A stretch of DNA of 64,000 nucleotides, taken from an uncultured Kiritimatiellota bacterium (lineage in GTDB: Bacteria > Verrucomicrobiota > Kiritimatiellia > RFP12 > DVOR01). Both the position numbers and the translations under genes were made by a program. Where the stretch lies: the NCBI GenBank assembly GCA_944391055.1, contig CALXSF010000001.1, positions 136,012-200,011 of the forward strand, in the 5' to 3' direction. This document shows, in pieces, positions 37,258-49,806 of this stretch. The notes below the pieces were generated by a model that saw nothing but the letters and a program-made list of their open reading frames with translations, ran no database searches and was not told where the DNA came from. Each line of letters opens with the position of its first letter. Position 1 is the stretch's first letter.

Positions 37258-39324
37258 TCAGTAGACGAAGAGCATGTCGCGGTATTTCGGGAGCGGCCAG
37301 CGCGCGTCGTCCACGTCTTCCTCCAGTTTGTCCACCGTCGCGCGCAGGGCCGCCAAGGCGTCGAGGATGGCCGCCGGCGAATCGCCCAGCGCGCGTTCCA
37401 GCGCGGCGCATTGCGCGTGGAGGGCGTCGAGGCCGCGGCCCAGGGTCTCGGCCACGTCGCGCACGCTCGCGACGCCGGGCTCGACGCCGATCGCCCGCGC
37501 GGCCTCGACGGCCTTGCAGACGGCCCCGAACTCGGCGGTCGCCGCGGGTTCGATCATGCTCCGGGCCATCTCCAGCGCCGCCTTCCCCTCAATGGTCACC
37601 TTGCGCTCGTACTCCTCCATGAAGACGTCGTGGCGGCTTTCCATCTCGGTGGGCAGGAGGACGCCCTCCTTGGCGAAGAGGTCGAGGTTCTTCTGCGCGA
37701 GCATCGGGGCGAGGGCCTCGGGCGTCGTGCGGAGGTTGGGCAGCCCGCGGCGCGCGGCCTCGGCGACCCATTCGTCGGAGTAGCCGTCGCCGTTGAAGAT
37801 GACGCGGCGGTGGTCTTTGATGACGGCCTGGAGGATTTTCTGGAGGCCGTCGTTGAACTTTTCCTTCGGGAGCTTGCCGATGGCGTCGGCCAGGACGTCC
37901 ATGCTTTCGGCGACGATGGTGTTGAGCACCATGCAGACGCCCGCGCAGTTCTGGCTGGAGCCGGGGGCGCGGAACTCGAACTTGTTGCCCGTGAAGGCGA
38001 AGGGCGAGGTGCGGTTGCGGTCGGTCGCGTCGCGCGGCAGGGGCGGCAGGGTGTCCACGCCCACGCGCAGGGTGGGGGTCTGGCCGCCGGCGGCGCGGGA
38101 ACCTTTCTCGATGCGGTCGATCACGCCGGTCAGCTCGTCGCCCAGGAAGATGGAGAGGATGGAGGGCGGGGCCTCGTTCGCGCCGAGGCGGTGGTCGTTG
38201 CCCGCGCCGGCGGTGGCGGCGCGCAGGATGTCGGCGTGCAGATCCACCGCGCGGATGACGCTTGCCAGCACGGCGAGGAAGATGGCGTTGTCCTGCGGGT
38301 TCTTGCCGGGGTCGAGGAGGTTCTTGCCGTTGTAGGCCACGGACCAGTTGTTGTGCTTGCCGCTGCCGTTCACCCCGGCGAAGGGCTTCTCGTGGAGCAG
38401 GCAGACGAAGCCGTGGCGGTCGGCCACGTTGCGGAGCGTCTCCATGATGAGCATGTTGTGGTCGACGGCCAGGTTGAGCTCCTCGAACATCGGCGCCAGC
38501 TCGAACTGCGCCGGGGCCACCTCGTTGTGGCGCGTCTTCGCGGGGATGCCCAGGCGCCAAAGCTCCCGCTCCACCTCCTCCATGAAGGCGATGACGCGTG
38601 GCTTGATGGAGCCGAAATAGTGGTCTTCCAGCTGCTGGTGCCGCGCGGGCGGCGCGCCGAAGAGCGTCCGGCCGCACTGGATCAGGTCGGGGCGCTTGAG
38701 ATAGAAGGCCTTGTCGATGAGGAAATATTCCTGCTCCGGGCCGAGCGTGCAGACGACGCGGCCGTCCGCGGGTTCGCCGAAGCACGCCATCAGCCGCCGA
38801 ACGGCCTTTTCCATCGCCTGCATCGAGCGCAGGAGCGGCGTCTTCTTGTCCAGCACCTCGCCGGTGTACGAGCAGAAGACCGTCGGGATGCAGAGCGTGG
38901 CGCCGTTGGCGTGGCGTTTGATGAAGGCCGGGCTCGTGACGTCCCAGGCCGTGTAGCCGCGCGCCTCGAAGGTCCGCCGCAGGCCGCCGCTGGGGAAGCT
39001 CGAGGCGTCCGGCTCGCCCATGATCAGGTTCTTGCCCGAGAAGCGCGCCAAGGTCTGCCCCACGCCCATGGGCTCGAAGAAGGCGTCGTGCTTCTCCGCC
39101 GTGCTGCCCGTGAGCGGCTGGAACCAGTGGGTGAAGTGCGTCGCCCCGCGCGCCATCGCCCATTGCTTGAGCGCGTGGGCCACCTCGTTGGCGATCGCGG
39201 GATCCAACGGCGCGTGGTCGCGCATCGTGTGCAGCAACGCCTCCGCCGTGTCCTTGGCCAGATACTCACGCATGACGCCCTCGTTGAAGACGTCCGTGCC
39301 GTATTCGATGTCCGTGTTGTCCAT
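37258..39324 (-). CDS. glnA: Glutamine synthetase type III
   Basis: GATHFTHWFQPLTG, AEKHD, EPDASSFPSGGLR, HNEVAP, HEKPFAGVNGSGKHNNW, HRLGANEAPP and DRNRTSPFAFTGNKFEFR. Confidence 0.96.
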   Translation of the reverse strand: MDNTDIEYGTDVFNEGVMREYLAKDTAEALLHTMRDHAPLDPAIANEVAHALKQWAMARGATHFTHWFQPLTGSTAEKHDAFFEPMGVGQTLARFSGKNLIMGEPDASSFPSGGLRRTFEARGYTAWDVTSPAFIKRHANGATLCIPTVFCSYTGEVLDKKTPLLRSMQAMEKAVRRLMACFGEPADGRVVCTLGPEQEYFLIDKAFYLKRPDLIQCGRTLFGAPPARHQQLEDHYFGSIKPRVIAFMEEVERELWRLGIPAKTRHNEVAPAQFELAPMFEELNLAVDHNMLIMETLRNVADRHGFVCLLHEKPFAGVNGSGKHNNWSVAYNGKNLLDPGKNPQDNAIFLAVLASVIRAVDLHADILRAATAGAGNDHRLGANEAPPSILSIFLGDELTGVIDRIEKGSRAAGGQTPTLRVGVDTLPPLPRDATDRNRTSPFAFTGNKFEFRAPGSSQNCAGVCMVLNTIVAESMDVLADAIGKLPKEKFNDGLQKILQAVIKDHRRVIFNGDGYSDEWVAEAARRGLPNLRTTPEALAPMLAQKNLDLFAKEGVLLPTEMESRHDVFMEEYERKVTIEGKAALEMARSMIEPAATAEFGAVCKAVEAARAIGVEPGVASVRDVAETLGRGLDALHAQCAALERALGDSPAAILDALAALRATVDKLEEDVDDARWPLPKYRDMLFVY

Positions 39325-39381
39325 GCTTTCTCCGGGTTGTGGCCCCCGCGCAAACCGTCCGGGCGCCATCCGCCCCTTTGT

Positions 39382-39397
39382 TGCAACCGCCGTGCCA
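39382..39397 (-). promoter_or_regulatory. Sigma54 (-24/-12) promoter for the glnA operon
   Basis: Minus strand TGGCAC-GGCGG-TTGCA (GG-N10-GC), about 58 nt upstream of the glnA ATG; GGAGA RBS present. Confidence 0.85.
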
Positions 39398-39539
39398 AAT
39401 GTCTTTCTTTGGCGGAAAAGCGGCCGTCGTGCCCGCCGACGCCGCCAAGTCACGTTACATTTCTTTCCTTCGGGGCCACGCCCTGGGCACGCGCCATCCA
39501 AACTAACCGACTATCGCCCAGCGTCTTCGATGTGGCTCT

Positions 39540-39582
39540 ATACAAATCTGTAAGCGTCGGGCGGCCTTTTACAACCTTGTAA
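39540..39582. promoter_or_regulatory. Two palindromic WTACA-N4-TGTAA sites; candidate enhancer (bEBP) binding sites
   Basis: ATACA-AATC-TGTAA at 39540-39553 and TTACA-ACCT-TGTAA at 39569-39582, AT-rich within a GC-rich genome. Confidence 0.6.
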
Positions 39583-39672
39583 TGGCCTGTGTCTGCCTTT
39601 GCCCCCCTTCCTCCCCGCTCTTATCGTCCGGGGGACCATTTCTTTGCGCGCAGACGCCCCGCGCCGAGCCGC

Positions 39673-39688
39673 TGGCATGGGATTTGCA
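39673..39688 (+). promoter_or_regulatory. Sigma54 (-24/-12) promoter for gltB
   Basis: TGGCAT-GGGAT-TTGCA (GG-N10-GC), 35 nt upstream of ATG 39724; AAGGA RBS present. Confidence 0.82.
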
Positions 39689-39723
39689 ACAAGTCGGCGA
39701 TGCCAACAAAGGAACGACGCACC

Positions 39724-44052
<4,329 letters not shown>

Positions 44053-44139
44053 CCAGGCGCCGGCCGTGGGCGTTGCGTTTCGGCGGGGCGCTTGTGGTAT
44101 AATGCGGGCCATTCGCAACCCAAAACGGAGAATGCAGAC

Positions 44140-44610
44140 ATGATTCTGAGCAAGTTGGCGCTCACGCTCACGGAGCAGGACATCAACACGGGCTTGGCGA
44201 CGGCGTTCGCCAAGATGGGCGAGGGGCCGCAGGGCGAGGCGCTGAAGAAGGTGAAGGATCCGCGGGTGTCGCTGAAGGACGGCAAGCTGATCTTCAAGTG
44301 CAAGGCCTCGATGGGCTTTCTGCCGGTGCCGGTGGAGGCGCAGATCCGCCTGACGCCGGCGCAGGAGGGGGCGGCGCTGGACATCACGTTGGCGAAGGTG
44401 TCGCTGGCGATGATGGGGGGGGACGCGATCGCGGGGCAGCTGATGGGGCAGCTGGCGGGCGCGGTGGCGGGCAAGCCGGGGCTGTCGGTGGCGGGGAACA
44501 CGCTGACGGCGGAGCTGAAGACGCTGGCGGATCTGCGCGGCATCACGCTGGGTGGGCGCCTGCGGGACATCGCCATCGTGAACGGCACCATCGCGCTGGA
44601 TTTTGAGTGA
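44140..44610 (+). CDS. Hypothetical protein
   Basis: Coding-like codon usage, GGAGA RBS and its own TGTGG-TATAAT promoter at about 44093-44103; no recognised motif. Confidence 0.6.
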   Translation: MILSKLALTLTEQDINTGLATAFAKMGEGPQGEALKKVKDPRVSLKDGKLIFKCKASMGFLPVPVEAQIRLTPAQEGAALDITLAKVSLAMMGGDAIAGQLMGQLAGAVAGKPGLSVAGNTLTAELKTLADLRGITLGGRLRDIAIVNGTIALDFE

Positions 44611-44628
44611 GCCGCCGAGGCGGCGACG

Positions 44629-44665
44629 AAAAACGCCCCCGTGCCTTGCGGCGCGGGGGCGTTTT
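44629..44665. terminator. Bidirectional intrinsic terminator
   Basis: AAAAACGCCCCCGTGCC-TTGC-GGCGCGGGGGCGTTTT between convergent genes. Confidence 0.8.
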
Positions 44666-44680
44666 CGCGTTTTGGGGGGC

Positions 44681-45259
44681 TCAGAGGGAGGCGAGGATGG
44701 GCTTGACCATCCAGGCGCCGCCGACGCAGACGACCTGCGGGATGGCGAGCCATTCCTCGGCGGTGGCCTGCGAAATGCCGCCGGTGGGCATGACCTGGAC
44801 GCCGGTGTGGCCGATGGCCGCGAGGATGCTCTTGAGGAGGGGGATGCCGCCGGCGTCGCGGGCGGGGAAGAACTTGACCATGCCGCAGCCGAGGCGGAGG
44901 GCGGCCATGAATTCGCTGGCGGTGGCGACGCCGGGGACGAAGGGGAGGCCGCGTTCGGCGGCGGCCTCGAGGATGGCGGGGTCGAGGCCGGGGGCGACGG
45001 CGAATTGGGCGCCGGCGGCGTGGGCGCGGGCGAGCTCGTCCTCGGTGAGGACGGTGCCGGCGCCGACGAAGATGTCGGGGACCTCGGCGGCGATGCGGCG
45101 GATGGATTCCTCGGCGGCGGGGGTGCGGAAGGTGACCTCGGCGGCGGTGATGCCTTGGGCGAGGAGGGCCTTGGCGAGGGGGACGGCGCGGGCGGGGTCG
45201 TCGAGGACGATGACGGGGACGACGCGGGCGGCGCGGAAGCGTTGGATGAAGTCTTGCAT
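44681..45259 (-). CDS. eda: 2-dehydro-3-deoxyphosphogluconate (KDPG)/KHG aldolase
   Basis: AEVTFRT, VGAGTVL, PGVATASE, VKFFPA and MPTGGI. Confidence 0.94.
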   Translation of the reverse strand: MQDFIQRFRAARVVPVIVLDDPARAVPLAKALLAQGITAAEVTFRTPAAEESIRRIAAEVPDIFVGAGTVLTEDELARAHAAGAQFAVAPGLDPAILEAAAERGLPFVPGVATASEFMAALRLGCGMVKFFPARDAGGIPLLKSILAAIGHTGVQVMPTGGISQATAEEWLAIPQVVCVGGAWMVKPILASL

Positions 45260-45274
45260 GGGTGTGCGTTCCTT

Positions 45275-46621
45275 TCAGGCGAAGAGGGCGTTGGCGTTGC
45301 CGAAGGCGATGGCGCGGACCATGGCGCCGACGGCGGGGAGGTCGTCGGGGAGGAGGCCGCCCTGCATGTCGCGGCCGAGGAGGCGGCAGAGGATGCGGCG
45401 GAAGTATTCGTGGCGGGGGACGGAGAGGACGGAGCGGCTGTCGGTGAGCATGCCGGGGAATTGGGCGAGGCAGCCGAGGGCGGAGATGGCGCGGAGGTTC
45501 TCCTCGATGCCGTCCATCTGGTCGAGGAACCACCAGGCGGGGCCGAGGTTGACGCGGCCGCCGGGGGTGCCGTCCTGGAAGGAGCCGCAGAGGACGGCGA
45601 GCATGGCGGTGTCCTTGGGGTTGAGGTTGTAGAGGATGGTGCGGGGGAGGGCGCCGTCGGCGGCGAGGGCGGAGAGGTGGCGGGCGAGGGGCTCGGCGTA
45701 GGGGAAGTCGGCGATGGCGTCGAAGCCGGTGTCGGGGCCGAGGGCGGCGAACATGGGGGCGTTGGGGTTGCGGAGGGCGCCGATGTGGAGCTGGCGGACC
45801 CAGCCGGTCTCGGCGTCGAGGCGGGCGAGCCAGGCGAGCATCCAGGCGGCGAAGGCGTCGCGGGCCGGCTGGCCGGGGTCGCGGCCCGCGCGGACGGCCT
45901 CGTAGGTGGCGGCGGCCTCGGCGTCGGGGCAGGGGGCGGCGAAGGATTCGACGGAGTAGTCGGAGAGGCGGCAGCCGTTGGCGTGGAAGAAGGCGTGGCG
46001 GTCGCGGAGGTGGGCGAGCATGGCCTCGAAGGGGAGGTCGGCGGCCTTGAGGGCGAGGTGGCGGCCGGGGCGCCAGGCGGGGCGCATGGCCAGGCCGTCG
46101 GCGCGGGCGTTCTGGGCGCGGTGGTCGGCGAGGTCGTCGTCGGGGTCGTCGGTGGTGCAGACGAGGCGGACGCCGAGGCGCAGGAGGATGTCGCGGGGGC
46201 CGTTGCCGGGGGCGGCGAGGCGGGCGTTGGCGCGGGCCCAGACCTCCTCGGCGGTGTCGGGGGAGAGGAGGAGGTCGTCGATGCCGAAGACACGGGCGAG
46301 CTCGAGGTGGGTCCAGTGGTAGAGCGGGTTGCGGAGGAGCTTGGGGACGGTGGCGCACCAGGCGAGGAACTTGGCGTGGTCGTCGGCGGGGCCGGTGATG
46401 AGGGCCTCGGGGACGCCGACGGTGCGCATGGCGCGCCATTTGTAGTGGTCGCCGCCGAGCCAGGCCTGGGTGATGTTGGCGAAGGGGCGGTTGGCGGCGA
46501 TCTCGGCGGGGGAGAGGTGGCAGTGGTAGTCGACGATGGGGCAGGGCTCGGCGAAGTCGTGGTAGAGCGCGCGGGCCTGGGGGGTGTCGAGGAGGAAATC
46601 GGGGTGGATGAAGGGGCGCAT
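45275..46621 (-). CDS. uxaC: Uronate (glucuronate) isomerase
   Basis: PIVDYHCHL, WLGGDHYKWRAMR, NPLYHWTHLEL, CTTDDP, WWFLDQ and MLTDSRSVLS.RHEYFRRILC. Confidence 0.95.
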   Translation of the reverse strand: MRPFIHPDFLLDTPQARALYHDFAEPCPIVDYHCHLSPAEIAANRPFANITQAWLGGDHYKWRAMRTVGVPEALITGPADDHAKFLAWCATVPKLLRNPLYHWTHLELARVFGIDDLLLSPDTAEEVWARANARLAAPGNGPRDILLRLGVRLVCTTDDPDDDLADHRAQNARADGLAMRPAWRPGRHLALKAADLPFEAMLAHLRDRHAFFHANGCRLSDYSVESFAAPCPDAEAAATYEAVRAGRDPGQPARDAFAAWMLAWLARLDAETGWVRQLHIGALRNPNAPMFAALGPDTGFDAIADFPYAEPLARHLSALAADGALPRTILYNLNPKDTAMLAVLCGSFQDGTPGGRVNLGPAWWFLDQMDGIEENLRAISALGCLAQFPGMLTDSRSVLSVPRHEYFRRILCRLLGRDMQGGLLPDDLPAVGAMVRAIAFGNANALFA

Positions 46622-46676
46622 GACGGGAAAAGAAAGTGGCCGCCGCCCGGGGAGGCGGCGGCGTGGGGTGGGGGGA

Positions 46677-48656
46677 TCAGACGCCGGAGTAGGCCAGGAA
46701 GCCGCCGTCGACGGGGATGACGATGCCGGTGACGAAGGAGGCGTCGTCGGAGACGAGGTAGCGCACGGCGCCGCAGAGGTCGCCGGGCTGGCCGAATTTG
46801 CGCATGGGGGTCTTGGCGATGACCTTGTTGCCGCGGGCGGTGAGGGTCTTGCCGTCGGGCTCGAGCATGAGGAAGCGGTTTTGGTTGGTGATGAAGAAGC
46901 CGGGGGCGATGGCGTTGACGCGCACGCCCATGGGGGCGAGGTGTGTGGCGAGCCAGCGGGTGAAGTTCTCGATGGAGGCCTTGGCGGCGGCGTAGGCGGC
47001 GACCTTGGTGAGGGGCTGCGTGGCGGCCATCGAGGAGATGTTGACGATGGCGCCGCCGCGGCCGAGCATCTCTTTGGCGAAGACCTGCGAGGGGAGGAGG
47101 GTGCCGATGAAGTTGAGGCGGTTGACGAACTCGAAGCCTTCGATGTCGAGGCCGAAGAAGGTGTCCTCGAGCTTGGCCTCTGGGGTCATCTGCTCGGCGG
47201 CGCAGGTGCCTTTGGGGTGGTTGCCGCCGGCGCCGTTGATGAGGATGTCGACGCGGCCCCACTTCGCGAGGACGGCGTCGCGCGCGGCCTCGAGGGAGGC
47301 GCGGTCGAGGACGTTCGCGGCGAGGGGGAGTGTCTCGGTGAGGCCCTTGGCGGCGAGGGCTTGGGCGAAGGCCTGGGCCTTCTCGCCGTGGAGGTCGAGG
47401 AGGGCGACCTTGGCGCCGTGGCGGAGGAAGTCTTCGGTCATCACGGAACAGAGGACGCCGGCCGCGCCGGTGACGACGACGATCTTGCCGTCGAGGTCGG
47501 TGCCGTGGACAAGGCCATATTCGAGGCCGCGGAGCTCGGCGAGGCCGACGAGGCGCCCGCCGTAGGAGTAGCCGCTGTAGCAGGTGCGGCCCTTGTCGAT
47601 CTCCATGAGCCGGCCGTGGTCGGGGCGGACGACGATCTGCTCGCCGCGGCGGGCCTCTTCGTCGAGGAGGAGGCGCATGAGGCGGGGCATGTCGACCTTG
47701 CCGCAGAGGTGGCAGCCGGATTCGTGGAAGGTGCCGCCCTCGGCGTAGACGACGTTGCGGAAGTGGACGAAATGGACGCGGCGGGCGAATTCGCGGAAGA
47801 TGGCGACCTCGTCGTTGGCACGGCCGCCGCCGAGGGAGCCGGTGCAGAGGGTCAGGCCCATGTTCTCGCTGGGCACCTTGGCGCACAGCTCGCGGATGTC
47901 GTCGGCGTCGGAGAGGATGCGGGGGAGGCCGAAGAGCGGGCGCGGGGGGTCGTCGGGGTGGATGGCCATGCGCACGCCGAGCTCCTCGCAGAGGGGGGCC
48001 AGTTCGTTGAGGAAGGCGTAGAGGTTGGCGCGGAGCTGGGCGTCGCCGACGCCCTCGTAGGTCTTGAGGAGGTCGCGGAAGCCTTCGACCGTGAGGTCGT
48101 CCACCGTGCCGGGAAGGCCGAGAAGGATGCCTTTGGAGGTCTTTTCGAGAAGGGCGGGGTCGGCGGCGTCGAACCAGGCTTTGGCCTTGGCCCGGAGCTC
48201 GGGGGCGTAGTCGCCCTCGGCGCCGGGGCGTTTGAGGACGAAGAGGTCGAAGGCCGCAACGGCCACCTCGTCGAAGTTCAGCACGCTGGAACCGTCGGGG
48301 AGCGGATAGTCGAGCTGGCTGCGCGTCCAGTCGAGGATCGGCATGAAGTTGTAGCAGACGACCTTGATGCCGCAGGCGGCCAGGTTGCGGAGCGTCTGCT
48401 TGTAGTTGTCGATGTACGCCTGGAAGTCGCCGGTGCGCGTCTTGATGCTTTCATGGACGGGGACGCTTTCGACGACCGTCCACGCCATGCCGGCGGCGCG
48501 GACGGCCTCCTGCCGCGCACGGATCTCCTCGATGGGCCAGACCTCGCCGCACCGGCGCTCGTAGAGGGCGGCCACCACGTCGGTGACGCCCGCTTGGCGG
48601 ATTTCCTTCAGTGAGATGGGGTCTTGTGTGCCGAACCAACGCCAGCCTTGCTTCAT
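46677..48656 (-). CDS. uxuA: Fusion of mannonate dehydratase (UxuA) and an SDR-type D-mannonate oxidoreductase (UxuB-like)
   Basis: N-terminal WRWFG, VVESVPVHE, CYNFMP.LDWTR, IHPDDPP, LCTGSLG and RPDHG; C-terminal VVTGAAG, LINGAGGN, NISSM, YAAAK and VRVNAIAPGFF, all in one 659-aa ORF. Confidence 0.9.
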   Translation of the reverse strand: MKQGWRWFGTQDPISLKEIRQAGVTDVVAALYERRCGEVWPIEEIRARQEAVRAAGMAWTVVESVPVHESIKTRTGDFQAYIDNYKQTLRNLAACGIKVVCYNFMPILDWTRSQLDYPLPDGSSVLNFDEVAVAAFDLFVLKRPGAEGDYAPELRAKAKAWFDAADPALLEKTSKGILLGLPGTVDDLTVEGFRDLLKTYEGVGDAQLRANLYAFLNELAPLCEELGVRMAIHPDDPPRPLFGLPRILSDADDIRELCAKVPSENMGLTLCTGSLGGGRANDEVAIFREFARRVHFVHFRNVVYAEGGTFHESGCHLCGKVDMPRLMRLLLDEEARRGEQIVVRPDHGRLMEIDKGRTCYSGYSYGGRLVGLAELRGLEYGLVHGTDLDGKIVVVTGAAGVLCSVMTEDFLRHGAKVALLDLHGEKAQAFAQALAAKGLTETLPLAANVLDRASLEAARDAVLAKWGRVDILINGAGGNHPKGTCAAEQMTPEAKLEDTFFGLDIEGFEFVNRLNFIGTLLPSQVFAKEMLGRGGAIVNISSMAATQPLTKVAAYAAAKASIENFTRWLATHLAPMGVRVNAIAPGFFITNQNRFLMLEPDGKTLTARGNKVIAKTPMRKFGQPGDLCGAVRYLVSDDASFVTGIVIPVDGGFLAYSGV

Positions 48657-48678
48657 GACGTGCCGCTCCTTGCCTTGC

Positions 48679-49779
48679 TCAACGGTCCACGCGGGCGGAA
48701 CCGCCGCCCACCAGTTTCTCGACCTCGGCCAACGTGGCCATCGAGGTGTCGCCCGGCGTGGTCATGGCCAACGCCCCATGCGCCGCGCCGTACTCCACCG
48801 CCGCCGCGGGGTCGCCTTTCGTCAGGAGCCCGTAGATGAGGCCGGAGGCGAAGCTGTCGCCGCCGCCCACGCGGTCCAGGATTTCCAGCCCGGGGCGTTG
48901 GGTGGCCTCGTGGAACCGGCCGTCGGCCCAGCAAATGGCGCCCCAGTCGTTCACGGTGGCGGTCTTCACCGCGCGGAGGGTGGTGGCGACGACCTTGAAG
49001 TTGGGGTAGGCCTTGACGGCCTCGCCGATCATGCGTTTGAAGCCGTCGATGGGCAGTGCCGTGAGGTTTTTGTCCACGCCCGGCACCTCCAGGCCGAGGG
49101 CGGCGGTGAAGTCCTCCTCGTTGCCGATCATGACGTCGACGTACTGCGCCAGCTCGCGGTTTACCTCGCGGGCGTGCTCCTGGCCGCCGTTGCCTTTCCA
49201 GAGCGAGGGGCGGTAATTCAGGTCATAGGAGGTGACGACACCGTTGCACTTGGCGGCCTTGAGGGCCTCGATGGCCACCTCGGGCGTGGTGCCCGAGAGC
49301 CCGGCGAAGATGCCGCCGGTGTGGAACCAGCGCACGCCCTCGCCGCCGAAGAGCGCGTCCCAGTCCACGTCGCCGGTGCGCAGGGCGGCGACGGCGGTGT
49401 GGCCGCGGTCGGAGCAGCCCCGCGCGCCGCGCACGCCAAAGCCGCGCTCGGTGAAGTTCAGCCCGTTGCGGACGTTCCAGCCCACGCCGTCATAGGGCAT
49501 CCAGCGGATATGCGAGGCGTCGACCCCGCCTTGGAGGATGAAGTCCTCGACCAACCGCCCCACGGGGTTGTCGGCCAGCGCCGTCACCACCGAGGCGCGC
49601 ATGCCGAAGCAACGGCGCAGGCCGCGCGCCACGTTGTACTCGCCGCCGCCCTCCCAGACGGTGAACTGCCGCGTGGTGTGGATGCGCCCCTCGCCGGGAT
49701 CCAGGCGCAGCATCACCTCGCCCAACGAAACAATGTCCCAACGGCAGGAGGCCGCCGGCTTCACGTCGATAATCGCCAT
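48679..49779 (-). CDS. kdgK: 2-keto-3-deoxygluconate kinase (PfkB family)
   Basis: LGEVMLRL, GGGEYNVA, SYDLNYRPSLW, GNEEDF and DRVGGGDSFASG. Confidence 0.85.
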   Translation of the reverse strand: MAIIDVKPAASCRWDIVSLGEVMLRLDPGEGRIHTTRQFTVWEGGGEYNVARGLRRCFGMRASVVTALADNPVGRLVEDFILQGGVDASHIRWMPYDGVGWNVRNGLNFTERGFGVRGARGCSDRGHTAVAALRTGDVDWDALFGGEGVRWFHTGGIFAGLSGTTPEVAIEALKAAKCNGVVTSYDLNYRPSLWKGNGGQEHAREVNRELAQYVDVMIGNEEDFTAALGLEVPGVDKNLTALPIDGFKRMIGEAVKAYPNFKVVATTLRAVKTATVNDWGAICWADGRFHEATQRPGLEILDRVGGGDSFASGLIYGLLTKGDPAAAVEYGAAHGALAMTTPGDTSMATLAEVEKLVGGGSARVDR

Positions 49780-49806
49780 AATGGAAGTCCTTTCCTTGCA
49801 AATCGT

